Below are positions 1-9,296 of a DNA stretch of 32,000 nt, piece by piece. The stretch comes from Candidatus Methanoperedens sp. (lineage in GTDB: Archaea; Halobacteriota; Methanosarcinia; Methanosarcinales; Methanoperedenaceae), in the NCBI GenBank assembly GCA_041494705.1, contig JBGQBI010000001.1, positions 30,001-62,000 on the forward strand, given 5' to 3'. The notes beneath the pieces were generated by a model. It made no database searches, was not told where the DNA came from, and saw nothing but the letters and a program-made list of their open reading frames with translations. How positions within the stretch are numbered: position 1 is the first letter of the stretch; each line of letters begins with the position of its first letter. Position numbers and translations under genes: made by a program.

Positions 1-342
1 AAGTGCATAAAACGTTGTATCCGTGCTGAGGCCCCCCAGCCCTTTCACCCAGATATATTTCATCCCACCGATGGATGCCGTGATTATGAACGCAAGACAC
101 GCGGATGCGATCGCGCCGCCCACAAGCGACCAGGGAAAGACGGCGCCCCTTTTTTCAAAGAACACCGAAGCGATAACGAAGCCTATTGAGAATATGAACA
201 GGATGAGATATGGCGGAAGCGGAAATGAATTGCTCTCCATAATATACGTAATCCCGTAAGCTACGGAAACCATGATAAAAGCCATTCCGGCTACAATCCC
301 GAGCATTTTCACGAAATCATTGGATTCTAATTTAATATCCAT
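1..342 (-). CDS. integral membrane protein, 3'-partial (runs off the window start)
   Basis: Absent from the ORF track because it has no stop in the window. The reverse frame from ATG (complement of 340-342) is open to base 1 and reads MDIKLESNDFVKMLGIVAGMAFIMVSVAYGITYIMESNSFPLPPYLILFIFSIGFVIASVFF... with several helix-length hydrophobic stretches. The + ORF 23-259 is its antisense shadow. Confidence 0.55.
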   Translation of the reverse strand, partial: MDIKLESNDFVKMLGIVAGMAFIMVSVAYGITYIMESNSFPLPPYLILFIFSIGFVIASVFFEKRGAVFPWSLVGGAIASACLAFIITASIGGMKYIWVKGLGGLSTDTTFYAL

Positions 343-488
343 CCCTTCAAATCAAAATATAATTAAAAGTATTTAAACAATTTGATAGCCTCCACAAACA
401 AATAGCAATAATTTAATAATAAAACGTATCAATATGTTCTTCAAGACTGTAAAAAATTATAGCAATACATTTGGGAGAAAAAAAACTA

Positions 489-1439
489 ATGAAACTTCCT
501 GTCATCCACCTGCCAGATATCCAGGCGAACCAGCCTGAGATTCCGATTACATTAACGCGCGTGGGAGTGACCGACGTCAAGAAACTTGTTGAAGTAGCAA
601 GAAAAGACAAACGTCCAATCGTGCTCGTCTCCATATTTGATATTTTTGTGGATTTGCCCTCGAACCGCAAAGGTGCGAATCTCTCAAGGAATTTTGAAGC
701 CATAGATGAAGTGCTTGAGGAGATGATTGCCTCGCCCGTTTATGAGATAGAGGATTTATGCGGCGAAGTCGCAAAGCGTCTCATCGACAGGCACGAGTAC
801 GCCCTGAATGCAGAAGTGAGAATGAAAAGCGAATATATATTAAAACGCGAAACCCCGGCAACAAAAATAAAATGCCAGGAAGTTGTGAATATTTTCGCAG
901 AAGCGAAGGCAATTCGCGGAAAAACCCTGACAATAAGGAAACTCGTCGGGGCAGAAGTCCTCGGAATTACTGCATGTCCATGCGCCCAGGAAATCATGAG
1001 GGATAAGGCAAAAAAGGAATTGAAAACACTTGGCGTGGAAAGTGATATTATAAGAAAATTCCTGGGTAAAGTACCCATGCCCACCCATAACCAGAGGGGG
1101 CGCGGCATTATTTCGATTGAAGTTCATGACAATCATTTTGTTTCCCTTGAGAAGATCATTGAAATTATTGAGAATTCCATGAGTTCGCAGATGTTTGAAC
1201 TGTTAAAGAGGTCGGACGAGGCTGCAATCGTGGAACGGGCGCATAAGAATCCCAAATTCGTGGAAGATTGCGTGCGGACAATGGCGCAAAAAATAGTAAA
1301 TGAATTTCCCGAGCTGCCTGATGATTCGATTATTATTATCAAGCAGATAAATGAGGAGAGTATCCATCGTCACAATGCGTTTGCGGAGCGAAAATCCACG
1401 CTTGGGGAACTGAGGCAGGAAATTAATAGTATCGTTTAA
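489..1439 (+). CDS. mptA: GTP cyclohydrolase IV, MptA/FolE2 family
   Basis: About 316 aa with the [10 protein letters not shown] (CPC) motif and HNQRG, typical of archaeal Fe(II)-dependent GTP cyclohydrolase MptA. ATG 489 is preferred over the track's TTG 471. Confidence 0.85.
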   Translation: MKLPVIHLPDIQANQPEIPITLTRVGVTDVKKLVEVARKDKRPIVLVSIFDIFVDLPSNRKGANLSRNFEAIDEVLEEMIASPVYEIEDLCGEVAKRLIDRHEYALNAEVRMKSEYILKRETPATKIKCQEVVNIFAEAKAIRGKTLTIRKLVGAEVLGITACPCAQEIMRDKAKKELKTLGVESDIIRKFLGKVPMPTHNQRGRGIISIEVHDNHFVSLEKIIEIIENSMSSQMFELLKRSDEAAIVERAHKNPKFVEDCVRTMAQKIVNEFPELPDDSIIIIKQINEESIHRHNAFAERKSTLGELRQEINSIV

Positions 1440-1517
1440 CCCAAGAATTTATTATTTTACCATTTATACGATTTAAGCGTAAAGCCGGTTCATCCTTTCC
1501 TTTTGGTGCTGGTATGA

Positions 1518-1525
1518 TTTTTTTT
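1518..1525 (+). terminator. oligo-T tract (T8) downstream of mptA
   Basis: Run of 8 T about 80 nt after the mptA stop. Archaeal terminators are oligo-T tracts. Confidence 0.3.
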
Positions 1526-1544
1526 AAGTATTCACGGCTCCATG

Positions 1545-1552
1545 AAAAAAAA
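1545..1552 (-). terminator. oligo-T tract (T8 on the minus strand) downstream of the small basic ORF
   Basis: A8 on the + strand equals T8 on the - strand, in the convergent intergenic region. Confidence 0.25.
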
Positions 1553-1668
1553 TGACCTCTAGACATAAGGGTACCATAACGCGCTAAAAACATGAAAAAT
1601 AGAGCACGTCACGCCTCATCCTCATGTCTACAGGTTTAAGAAAATTGTTTAAATGCCATGCTATCTTC

Positions 1669-1806
1669 TTATTTCGGCTGAGGTGCCTTGCGGGCTCTCA
1701 GTTTTGCATTAAAAGCATCCAGTCTCTTTTTCTCAGCGGGATCTTCTTTTGCTTTGACTTTTTTCGCAGCAGCTGCATTATCCATTGAGCTTTCTAGTCC
1801 GACCAT
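1669..1806 (-). CDS. small Lys/Ala-rich basic protein (45 aa), hypothetical
   Basis: Internal ATG of track ORF 1669-2169(-), preceded by a canonical GGAGGTGA Shine-Dalgarno with 5-nt spacing (reverse complement of 1807-1822). Encodes MVGLESSMDNAAAAKKVKAKEDPAEKKRLDAFNAKLRARKAPQPK. The upstream part of the long ORF overlaps the 1907 gene and looks non-coding. Confidence 0.45.
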   Translation of the reverse strand: MVGLESSMDNAAAAKKVKAKEDPAEKKRLDAFNAKLRARKAPQPK

Positions 1807-1906
1807 TTTTTCACCTCCTGTTGAATCTATTCTTTCATATATTTTAAATCTTTCGGCTGTTATAAAGTTATCCGATACAAAAAGATAAATTGACCCCGAA
1901 CATAGA

Positions 1907-2845
1907 ATGCATGTGCCAAAAATCGCAATTACGGCTCTTGTGCCCCCTGAATTAATTTTCGCCTGCGGGGGAGAGCCGTTTGATGTCAATAATGTCATAC
2001 CCGCATCTAAAAAAACACCCAGGAACAAACTTTGTGCATGGACTGCAATATGGCAGGAGATGCTGGTAAAAAGAGAACAGAAAATTGACTCATTAATCGT
2101 AGTTGCAGGCGGCGACTGCCATAATGCTCTTGTTGACGGGCAGAAAGTGGCCATGAGCGGGATTCCCACCCACTTTTTCTTTTACCCTTTCGATGGAGAT
2201 GCAGGATACCTTGAATCGCAATTATACAAACTACGCGACTTTCTCGGGAACATCGAATACCCGGAAAAATTCAGGGAAATCGAGAAACTCAAGAAAACCG
2301 GGCAGCAAATCGACAAGAAAAGGCTTTATGGGAAAATCTCTTCGGTAGACGCTTTTCGCATCCTGGTTTCTTTTAGCGATCTTCGAGGCGATTTGAATGA
2401 TTTTCAAAAAGCCATTGCGGAAGTGAAGGAGAGCGATATCGATTTGAATAACAGGGTTGCATTGATTGGCGTGCCCCCGATATATCATGATTTTCATGAA
2501 GTAGCGCAATCACTTGACCTTCAGGTAGTATTTGATGAACTTCCTTTTGAATTCATAAGACACTCAGGGGTTAATATAAAGGAAGTTGCGCGGGATTACA
2601 GCGACTATACCTTTGCCAGGCCGCTTGATTTCAGGATAGGATTCCTCCAGAAGGAACTTGAAAAACGCAAGGTTGACGGGATAATACATTATACGCAGTT
2701 TGCCTGCCATCACACACTTGAAGATGAGGTCATGAGGCAAAAACTGGATTATCCGATGTTGACCCTCCAGGGAGACATGCCGGGAAAAACCCCGGAGCAA
2801 ATAAAATTGCGCCTTGAAGCCTTCAGGGAGATGATTGCGCGATGA
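1907..2845 (+). CDS. 2-hydroxyacyl-CoA dehydratase / benzoyl-CoA reductase BcrC-BadD-HgdB family protein
   Basis: 312 aa with family-like conserved Cys contexts (ELIFACGGEPFD, VVAGGDCHNALVDG, YTQFACHHTLEDE). ATGA overlap with the downstream activase gene. Confidence 0.7.
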   Translation: MHVPKIAITALVPPELIFACGGEPFDVNNVIPASKKTPRNKLCAWTAIWQEMLVKREQKIDSLIVVAGGDCHNALVDGQKVAMSGIPTHFFFYPFDGDAGYLESQLYKLRDFLGNIEYPEKFREIEKLKKTGQQIDKKRLYGKISSVDAFRILVSFSDLRGDLNDFQKAIAEVKESDIDLNNRVALIGVPPIYHDFHEVAQSLDLQVVFDELPFEFIRHSGVNIKEVARDYSDYTFARPLDFRIGFLQKELEKRKVDGIIHYTQFACHHTLEDEVMRQKLDYPMLTLQGDMPGKTPEQIKLRLEAFREMIAR

Positions 2846-3528
2846 TCGGCCTGGATGTGGGCAGTACGACAGCGAAAATGGTCTGGATAGAGGACGGGGA
2901 AATTAAATACAGGATAACAGAGACGCATAACTGGAAAGACCTCCTGAAAGGAATTGAAAACGAGGATATAATTTCAACTGGATATTTTCGAAAATCGGTT
3001 CCACATAAAGCGTCGGTGACCGAAATAACCGCAGCGCAATTCGGCGTGAAACATTATTATCCGGATGTTGATGTGATTGTGGATATCGGCGGGCAGGATA
3101 CAAAAGTAATCGACATAAGGAAAAACCAGTTCATAATCAACGACAAGTGCAGCGCAGGCACGGGGGCATTTCTTGAGTTTGTGGCAAATTACTTCAAAAT
3201 TGACTTGAAGGACCTGGGTTCACTTCATAGCAGGGCAAAGAGAATCCCCCAGATAAACAATACATGCGGTGTATTTGCGGTTTCCGAGATGATTTCGCAG
3301 CTTGTGGCAGGTTATTCAAAAGAGGAGGTTATTGCAGGGATGCATTACGCTTTTGCGCGCCGCATCTCGTTTATGATACCAGAGGCGAAGACGATTGTCC
3401 TGATAGGCGGGGCGGTTAAGAATAACGGGATGGTCTCAGCCCTGCGGGATATCCTGAAAAAAGAAATACTGATACCTGATGAGCCCCAGATAGTGAATGC
3501 GCTGGGGGCGCTTGAGTATGGGCATTGA
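2842..3528 (+). CDS. BcrAD/BadFG/HgdC-type ATPase (dehydratase activase)
   Basis: N-terminal GLDVGSTTAKMV (ASKHA phosphate-1 motif), DIGGQDTK, and the two cluster-bridging Cys contexts KCSAGTGAFLE and NTCGVFAVSE. Confidence 0.8.
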   Translation: MIGLDVGSTTAKMVWIEDGEIKYRITETHNWKDLLKGIENEDIISTGYFRKSVPHKASVTEITAAQFGVKHYYPDVDVIVDIGGQDTKVIDIRKNQFIINDKCSAGTGAFLEFVANYFKIDLKDLGSLHSRAKRIPQINNTCGVFAVSEMISQLVAGYSKEEVIAGMHYAFARRISFMIPEAKTIVLIGGAVKNNGMVSALRDILKKEILIPDEPQIVNALGALEYGH

Positions 3529-3560
3529 GTTGATAGTAAAAGACGTTGCTGAAAAAATAG

Positions 3561-4028
3561 TCAAAGCTCCGCAATAATGCCTTTCTTACCCTTCTTCCTG
3601 ATATCCCTTTTAAGTTCCTGATTCTCACGCAAGAACGATGTCGCATCGGATTCGATCTTTTTCTTATCGATTTTCTTTCCCTGCCCTACTCCAGGACAAT
3701 CCACAACAGGTTTAAGCTTCATCATTGGTTCATCGGAATATGAGACCTCAACAATCCTGAAGGGAAGCAAACGGCATACAAGCGGCTCGTTTTCCCGTAT
3801 AGTGCATTCAAGTTTTTTCCCATTGAAAAAGCACTTTCCTTCTTTTCCCTTAATCTTGAATACATTATTTTTTTCATCAAAATCAAGGAAATCATCAGGT
3901 GAATATCCCAATCCTTTAATCCTTTTTATATCTTCAATTGTAAGCTGGATACCCTCGGCGCAGCACTTTGCGCCGCATTTTTTGTATTCGCACTTCCACT
4001 TATCGATATTTTCAAGGATATGAATCAT
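3561..4028 (-). CDS. YkgJ-family cysteine-cluster protein (CxxCxxCC, putative Zn/Fe-chelating domain)
   Basis: KCGAKCCAEG motif near the N-terminus and a central ECTIRENEPLVCRLLPF motif, matching the YkgJ/UPF0153 pattern. Confidence 0.65.
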   Translation of the reverse strand: MIHILENIDKWKCEYKKCGAKCCAEGIQLTIEDIKRIKGLGYSPDDFLDFDEKNNVFKIKGKEGKCFFNGKKLECTIRENEPLVCRLLPFRIVEVSYSDEPMMKLKPVVDCPGVGQGKKIDKKKIESDATSFLRENQELKRDIRKKGKKGIIAEL

Positions 4029-4142
4029 ATGCTTTAATTGACTTTCTTATAATTTAAGGATACCCATATCTGGCGAGCATAAAATGACAATTGTATAATT
4101 ATGGAATTGACAGGGCAAGCTCGAATATATCAGCTCATCCCA

Positions 4143-4967
4143 TTATCCCAGATCCTCCAAATACAGATACTCCTGTGCGTACCCGCAATATTTCCCGAAA
4201 TATTCTCGCGCAAATTCAGCAATCTCTTCCCTCTTTTTGCTCTTCGAACCTTTGAATTTGTCGCCATAGAATCTCTCCATTATCTGTTCGATATGCGTGT
4301 CCACAGGAAATGATTCAAGCTTCCCGAATGCAAAAAGCAGAACACAATCCGCAATCTTGTTCCCCACGCCGTCTATTTTCATAAGTTCTTTGCGCCCCTC
4401 TTCGTAGGACAGGTTTTTTATCCCGTATAGGTCAAATTCATTTTTCGTTATCATAGACGCGATCTTGAGGACACGGGGGGCGCGAAAACCAAGCCTGCAC
4501 TGTTCCATGTCGCAGAGATTAAGCTCAGAGAGCGAATCGGGTGTCGGGAAGGAATAATATCCATCATCGGTTTTTCCTCCAAAACATTCGCACATGCGCC
4601 TTATGGAATTCCTGATGTTCCTGATGGTGTTGTTGCTTGAGCAGATATACGACACCAGGCATTCCCACGGGTCCTGGCGTATGAGGCGCAGCCCCCTGTA
4701 TTTTCTGATTAACGATGCTATTTTTTTGTCTTTGTTGATGGAAGCGTATATTTTCTCCATGTCATCGTCGAGCCTGAAATAATCCCGGATGAATTTTTTG
4801 TCAAGCGGCGAGTCGATGATAACCTCGGCATCCACCTGTTTTGCCCTGATAAGATTTCCGTTTACAACGCCAGTCCAGCACTCGTTTTTTTCCCACCTGA
4901 AGACCTGCCCGCAGGAAAGAGTAAGGTCAAGATTAAAATCCTTTGTATTGATGCGGTACACATTCAT
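4143..4967 (-). CDS. ogg: 8-oxoguanine DNA glycosylase / N-glycosylase-DNA lyase (HhH-GPD, Ogg type)
   Basis: HhH-GPD signature MKIDGVGNKIADCVLLFAFG followed by PVDTHIEQI (catalytic Lys/Asp contexts). N-terminal LTLSCGQVFRW. Confidence 0.8.
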   Translation of the reverse strand: MNVYRINTKDFNLDLTLSCGQVFRWEKNECWTGVVNGNLIRAKQVDAEVIIDSPLDKKFIRDYFRLDDDMEKIYASINKDKKIASLIRKYRGLRLIRQDPWECLVSYICSSNNTIRNIRNSIRRMCECFGGKTDDGYYSFPTPDSLSELNLCDMEQCRLGFRAPRVLKIASMITKNEFDLYGIKNLSYEEGRKELMKIDGVGNKIADCVLLFAFGKLESFPVDTHIEQIMERFYGDKFKGSKSKKREEIAEFAREYFGKYCGYAQEYLYLEDLG

Positions 4968-5031
4968 GGATACTTTACAGGCTTAAAATACATTACGGTT
5001 TTAAGGATGCACGACAATAAAATAAAATCTC

Positions 5032-6432
5032 ATGAATTTCAGGACAAAGCAGTATCTTCGGAAAAGGTTCGGGGATTATTATCAGTCTTCCAATCTTACC
5101 CTGCCGCCGGAGCTTGAACGGCGCGAATGGGGTTTCATATTCTTTGATGAACTGCCAGAGGTAGTAATGCGCCGCCATAAGGCGTTTTCAAGAGAAAACG
5201 AAGCATTTGATTATATCCGGGGAATGGTGCCTGCGCATGTGTACCATTCGGCTGCGTATTACAAGTTTCCCGGCGCCGCTACAATGAAGGAGAAGCAGTG
5301 GCAGGGCGCCGATTTGATTTTCGACCTTGATGCCGACCATCTTCCCATGAAGGCAAGGTCGTATGCCGAAATGCTTTCCAATGTGAAAACTGAAACCATG
5401 AAGCTTCTCGATTTCTTGCTTGAGGATTTCGGATTCTCTGAAAATAATATTAGCGTGGTGTTTTCGGGAGGGCGCGGCTATCACATCCATGTGCGAGACC
5501 CGAAAGTTCTGGCGATTGAGAGCGCAGAGAGGAGGGAGATTGTGGATTATGTCAGCGGGACAGGATTATCCATCGATTTTTTGTTTAAATCCGCGAAACA
5601 TAAAGTCTATGACGATGGAAAATTTAAGAAAAAAGAATTAACAGCATCAAGGCGGATAACGTCTTTTGAGGAAGTATCGGGGGGATTTGGCTGGGGGAAA
5701 CGCATCAGTAAATACCTCGTTCATTTTTTAAAGGATATTTCAGCGAAAGATGACGCTGCGGCAATACAGGAAATAACTGATTTGATAAAGGATTATAAGA
5801 AGAAAAATGCATATGCTGAAACGCTCCCGGATGATATTATTAAACGAATTATAGATATGAAAACTGAAAACAAAAGAATCGGTCTGCAAAAAATAGCAGA
5901 AGATGTGGGGGTCAGACCTGAAAAAGTGCGGGATATTTTGATAGTAAATGATATATGGGATTTTAAGACGGAGGCTTCAGTGAAATTAAAATCCATTAAA
6001 AACATCTCAACAAATTCCCGGGCGCTTGGCATGATAGAAAATAATGGTATTATCGAGGAATCGTATATTTTTGATGCGATTGTCCAAAAAGCAATTGAAG
6101 ATAATATTATCTATCTGGGAAGCGCCCACACAGACGAACCCGTCACCGCAGACATCAGGCGTCTCATCCGCATGCCCATGTCCCTTCATGGCGGCTCGGG
6201 GATGCGGGTAGTTCCTCTCACGCTTTCTGAACTTACGAAATTCGAGCCGCTGAATGACGCCGTGGTATTCAGCGAAAAAGAAACAAAAATCGATGTTCTA
6301 AACCCGCTCAAACCGCAGAATTCTCTGGTTGAAATGAAAGGAAAAAGCTTTACTGTCACAGAAGGTATCAACACTTTGCCAGAGTATGCGGCAATATATC
6401 TCATGTGCCGCGGAGCAGCCGAATATGCCTGA
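5032..6432 (+). CDS. priS: DNA primase small (catalytic) subunit PriS
   Basis: AEP primase motifs DLIFDLDADH (DxD), SGGRGYHIHV and RRLIRMPMSLHG. Confidence 0.9.
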   Translation: MNFRTKQYLRKRFGDYYQSSNLTLPPELERREWGFIFFDELPEVVMRRHKAFSRENEAFDYIRGMVPAHVYHSAAYYKFPGAATMKEKQWQGADLIFDLDADHLPMKARSYAEMLSNVKTETMKLLDFLLEDFGFSENNISVVFSGGRGYHIHVRDPKVLAIESAERREIVDYVSGTGLSIDFLFKSAKHKVYDDGKFKKKELTASRRITSFEEVSGGFGWGKRISKYLVHFLKDISAKDDAAAIQEITDLIKDYKKKNAYAETLPDDIIKRIIDMKTENKRIGLQKIAEDVGVRPEKVRDILIVNDIWDFKTEASVKLKSIKNISTNSRALGMIENNGIIEESYIFDAIVQKAIEDNIIYLGSAHTDEPVTADIRRLIRMPMSLHGGSGMRVVPLTLSELTKFEPLNDAVVFSEKETKIDVLNPLKPQNSLVEMKGKSFTVTEGINTLPEYAAIYLMCRGAAEYA

Positions 6433-7084
6433 AAATCCTGATAAACCCAGAATCAACCTCCATAATATCCTGAGAGAAGAGCGAAAATCAAAACTTGTTC
6501 CTCTTGAGAATGATTTCTATGAAAAAGTGGCAGCACAGATACGCGAACTTCAGGAAGAAAAAACCAGGATTGAAGATATTTACGGCACAAAATACGCAAT
6601 TATCGATGATGAGCTTAAAACTGCAAGGAAATCCATAGAGAACATTATCGAGAGACGAATAGGTAAAATAATCAAAGAAGCATCCCTTCGCGCGTCATCC
6701 AAACAGAAAGAAAAACAGGACATTGAGTCAATGACGCAGGAGGAACGGCGGTTCTATAACCGGCTGCTCGAACTGAATACGGAAATCAGAAGGGAACTTC
6801 TTGATAAAATATCCAGGAACGAAAAACTTGCCTCCGGTTCCTTGGCGGCGGCAACCCTGGAAATCCATGAAAAAGAAACCCCAAAAGAAACTACTCTTGA
6901 AGACAAAAAGGATATAAGCAAAGAGTACATTGTGGTGCGCTTGCTGAAAGACATTCCGACATTTGTCGGAGTCGATGGACGCAATTATACTTTAGCAAAA
7001 GAAGATATTGCTGTTTTATCGACCGTTAATGCTAAAGCTTTAATCAACCGTAAAGCAGCCATTCAAATTACAGTTAAAAGGTGA
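6425..7084 (+). CDS. GINS-like DNA replication complex subunit (Gins51/Gins15 type)
   Basis: ATG 6425 overlaps the priS stop by 8 nt (ATGCCTGA). N-terminal [30 protein letters not shown] resembles the GINS A-domain. priS-gins adjacency is a known archaeal arrangement. The call rests on weak motif memory plus context. Confidence 0.5.
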   Translation: MPENPDKPRINLHNILREERKSKLVPLENDFYEKVAAQIRELQEEKTRIEDIYGTKYAIIDDELKTARKSIENIIERRIGKIIKEASLRASSKQKEKQDIESMTQEERRFYNRLLELNTEIRRELLDKISRNEKLASGSLAAATLEIHEKETPKETTLEDKKDISKEYIVVRLLKDIPTFVGVDGRNYTLAKEDIAVLSTVNAKALINRKAAIQITVKR

Positions 7085-7088
7085 CTTC

Positions 7089-7373
7089 ATGAAAATACCA
7101 AAGAATTTCAATACTTACTGCCCAAATTGTAAAACCCATACCCCGCATGTAGTGGAAAGGGTGAAAAAAGGACAGGCTTCGACGTTGACCCGTATCTCGA
7201 GACAAAAGGCAAGACATACAGGCATCGGGAACTCTGGAAAATTCTCAAAAGTGCCCGGTGGGGACAAGCCCACAAAGCGCATTAACCTGAGATACAGATG
7301 TAAGACCTGCAAGAAAGCTCATCAGAAACCTAAATGCTTCAGGGCAGGGAAATTCGAACTTGTGGAGTCATAA
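7089..7373 (+). CDS. rpl44e: 50S ribosomal protein L44e (eL42)
   Basis: 94 aa zinc ribbon [10 protein letters not shown]...CKTCKKAH with an overall L44e-like sequence. Confidence 0.9.
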   Translation: MKIPKNFNTYCPNCKTHTPHVVERVKKGQASTLTRISRQKARHTGIGNSGKFSKVPGGDKPTKRINLRYRCKTCKKAHQKPKCFRAGKFELVES

Positions 7374-7375
7374 GC

Positions 7376-7549
7376 ATGGAACCCAAAAGCAGATTTTTAA
7401 AAGTAAAGTGTAATGATTGCGAGAATGAACAGGTCATTTTTGGATGCGCAAGCGCTCCTGTGACCTGTCTTGTATGCGGAAGAACTCTTTCAGAACCAAC
7501 TGGCGGGAAGGCATTTATAAAAACGCAAATCGTTGAGGTTCTTGAGTAA
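7376..7549 (+). CDS. rps27e: 30S ribosomal protein S27e
   Basis: [46 protein letters not shown], the C4 zinc ribbon of S27e. ATG 7376 lies 2 nt after the L44e stop and is preferred over the track start 7334, which overlaps L44e. Confidence 0.9.
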   Translation: MEPKSRFLKVKCNDCENEQVIFGCASAPVTCLVCGRTLSEPTGGKAFIKTQIVEVLE

Positions 7550-8343
7550 TGGAAAGAACCGGCTGGCCTGAAACCAGTGATCTTGTAGTATGCAGCGTTA
7601 AGAGGGTCACCGATTTCGGGGCTTTCGTAGAACTGGATGAATACGGTCATAAAGAAGGGTTAATCCATATTTCGGATGTGGCTTCCGGCTGGGTAAAGTA
7701 CATACGTGACCATGTCAGGGAAGGGCAGAAGATAGTATGTAAAGTATTGTACGTGGATACGGCCAAACATCATATCGACCTGTCGCTCAAGGATGTTAAT
7801 GAACACCAGCGACGTGAAAAAATCCAGGAATGGAAGAACGAGCAAAAAGCCGAGAAATGGATACAGTATGTGGCCAAAACCACAAAACAAACCCCTGAGG
7901 ATCTTAATACATTAATCAGCCTCTTATATGAAAAATTCGGAAGGGTATATTCGGCTTTTGAGAAATCAAGATTTGAAGGGACTGAGGTCCTGACAAAAAT
8001 CGGGATTGCCAAAGAGATTGCAGATGCAATCACAAAGGTGGCGCACGAGAACCTGAAAAAGCCGCAGGTGGATATTTCAGGTTATGTTGATCTTACATGT
8101 TCTCTTTCCGACGGGATTCAGTATATAAAGAAAGCATTGATTGAAGCTAATGAAGTCGATGGGGAGGATGTCAAAGTGGATATCTCTTATATCGGGGCGC
8201 CGCGATACCGGATACATGTAATAGCCCCGGATTATAAAAAAGCTGAAGGCATTCTTAAAAAATCGGCGCAATCTGCCATTAAAATCATTGAAAAAGCAGG
8301 CGGAAGCGGAGAATTCCACAGATATACTGAACAAAATACCTAA
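7549..8343 (+). CDS. eif2a: translation initiation factor aIF-2 alpha subunit
   Basis: N-terminal S1 domain (VVCSVKRVTDFGAFVELDEYGHKEGLIHISDVASGWV). 264 aa. TAATG overlap with S27e. Confidence 0.9.
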   Translation: MERTGWPETSDLVVCSVKRVTDFGAFVELDEYGHKEGLIHISDVASGWVKYIRDHVREGQKIVCKVLYVDTAKHHIDLSLKDVNEHQRREKIQEWKNEQKAEKWIQYVAKTTKQTPEDLNTLISLLYEKFGRVYSAFEKSRFEGTEVLTKIGIAKEIADAITKVAHENLKKPQVDISGYVDLTCSLSDGIQYIKKALIEANEVDGEDVKVDISYIGAPRYRIHVIAPDYKKAEGILKKSAQSAIKIIEKAGGSGEFHRYTEQNT

Positions 8344-8348
8344 AGATT

Positions 8349-8501
8349 ATGGTATCAAAAATAAGAAAATGCCAATGCGGGAGATATACGCTCAAAGAAG
8401 TTTGTCCTGTGTGCGGTTCTCTGGCAAAATACTCCAGGCCTGCACGGTTTTCTCTTGAAGACAGATATGGGAAATATAGAAGGATTACCAAAAAGACATA
8501 A
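8349..8501 (+). CDS. nop10: H/ACA RNP protein Nop10 (50 aa)
   Basis: Below the ORF-track cutoff. Own translation: MVSKIRKCQCGRYTLKEVCPVCGSLAKYSRPARFSLEDRYGKYRRITKKT, showing the Nop10 zinc ribbon plus the RFS-x-ED-x-Y-x-x-YR tail. Conserved position after aIF2alpha. Confidence 0.85.
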   Translation: MVSKIRKCQCGRYTLKEVCPVCGSLAKYSRPARFSLEDRYGKYRRITKKT

Positions 8502-8504
8502 ATT

Positions 8505-9266
8505 ATGATTAAAACTACAATCTTAAGGGGTAAAAAACCGCGACTCAAGAATCCGGTACTTATTGAAGGGCTTCCCGGTGTGGGGCATGTCGGGAAACTG
8601 GTAGCGGAGCATATGGTCGAGGAACTCGGCGCGAAAAAGATAATGGAGATATACTCCCCCCATTTTCCTCCCCAGGTCATAGTCGAAGACGATGGTACAA
8701 TCCGGCTTGTCAGGAACGAACTTTTTGCATATAAATCAAAAGGCAAACATGACCTCCTGATACTGGTGGGCGACCACCAGAGCGCTACAAACGAAGGTCA
8801 TTATGAGCTTTGCGGAGTATTCCTTGATATTGCTGAAGAATTCAAGGTTGAACGTGTATACGCGCTTGGAGGTTACGGGGTGGGGCAGCTTGTTGAGACC
8901 GAATCTGTAATGGGAGCTGCAAATAACATAAAACTTGTGAAGGAGCTTAAAAAATATGGCGTGGAATTCAAGGCAAACGAACCGGCTGGCGGTATTGTAG
9001 GCGCATCCGGACTGCTTCTGGGCTTAAGCGAGCTTCGCGGGATTGATGCCGCATGTCTTATGGGAGTTACATCGGGTTATCTCGTTGACCCGAAGAGCGC
9101 TCAGGCAGTGCTGAAAGTGCTGTGCAAGGTTCTTGAGATTGATGTGGATATGGCGGCCCTGGAAGAGCGGGCTGCTGAAATGGAAAAGATTGTCGCGAAA
9201 CTTCGCGAAATGGAGCAGGGGCAGATGCCGCCTACTACGGATGAGGATTTGAGGTATATAGGTTAA
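8505..9266 (+). CDS. PAC2-family proteasome assembly chaperone-like protein
   Basis: PVLIEGLPGVGHVGKLVAEHMVEELG N-terminus typical of archaeal PAC2/PbaA-B proteins. Conserved neighbourhood. Confidence 0.7.
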   Translation: MIKTTILRGKKPRLKNPVLIEGLPGVGHVGKLVAEHMVEELGAKKIMEIYSPHFPPQVIVEDDGTIRLVRNELFAYKSKGKHDLLILVGDHQSATNEGHYELCGVFLDIAEEFKVERVYALGGYGVGQLVETESVMGAANNIKLVKELKKYGVEFKANEPAGGIVGASGLLLGLSELRGIDAACLMGVTSGYLVDPKSAQAVLKVLCKVLEIDVDMAALEERAAEMEKIVAKLREMEQGQMPPTTDEDLRYIG

Positions 9267-9268
9267 AG

Positions 9269-9296
9269 AGGAATGGGCAAAAGCCACCCATTTCCT
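9269..9296 (+). terminator. stem-loop followed by a T-rich tract after the PAC2 gene
   Basis: AGGAATGGG (9269-9277) pairs with CCCATTTCCT (9287-9296), giving 9 bp with one bulge. It is followed by TATTCGATTTT. Confidence 0.3.

Noticed and set aside
23-259. Track ORF (78 aa) on the + strand at the window start
   Set aside because: The sequence is not protein-like. The opposite strand carries an open frame from 342 to the window edge that encodes clear transmembrane helices.
1558-1630. Imperfect inverted repeat TAGACATAAGG ... CCTCATGTCTA in the mptA downstream region, considered as a possible ncRNA
   Set aside because: It has only about 10 bp with a mismatch over a 50-nt loop, with no further structure or conserved motif. 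That is not distinguishable from chance.
1669-2169. 166-aa minus-strand ORF overlapping the start of the HgdB-like gene
   Set aside because: The N-terminal two thirds are low-complexity and antisense to a well-supported CDS. Only the last 45 codons, which have a strong SD, are retained as a candidate.
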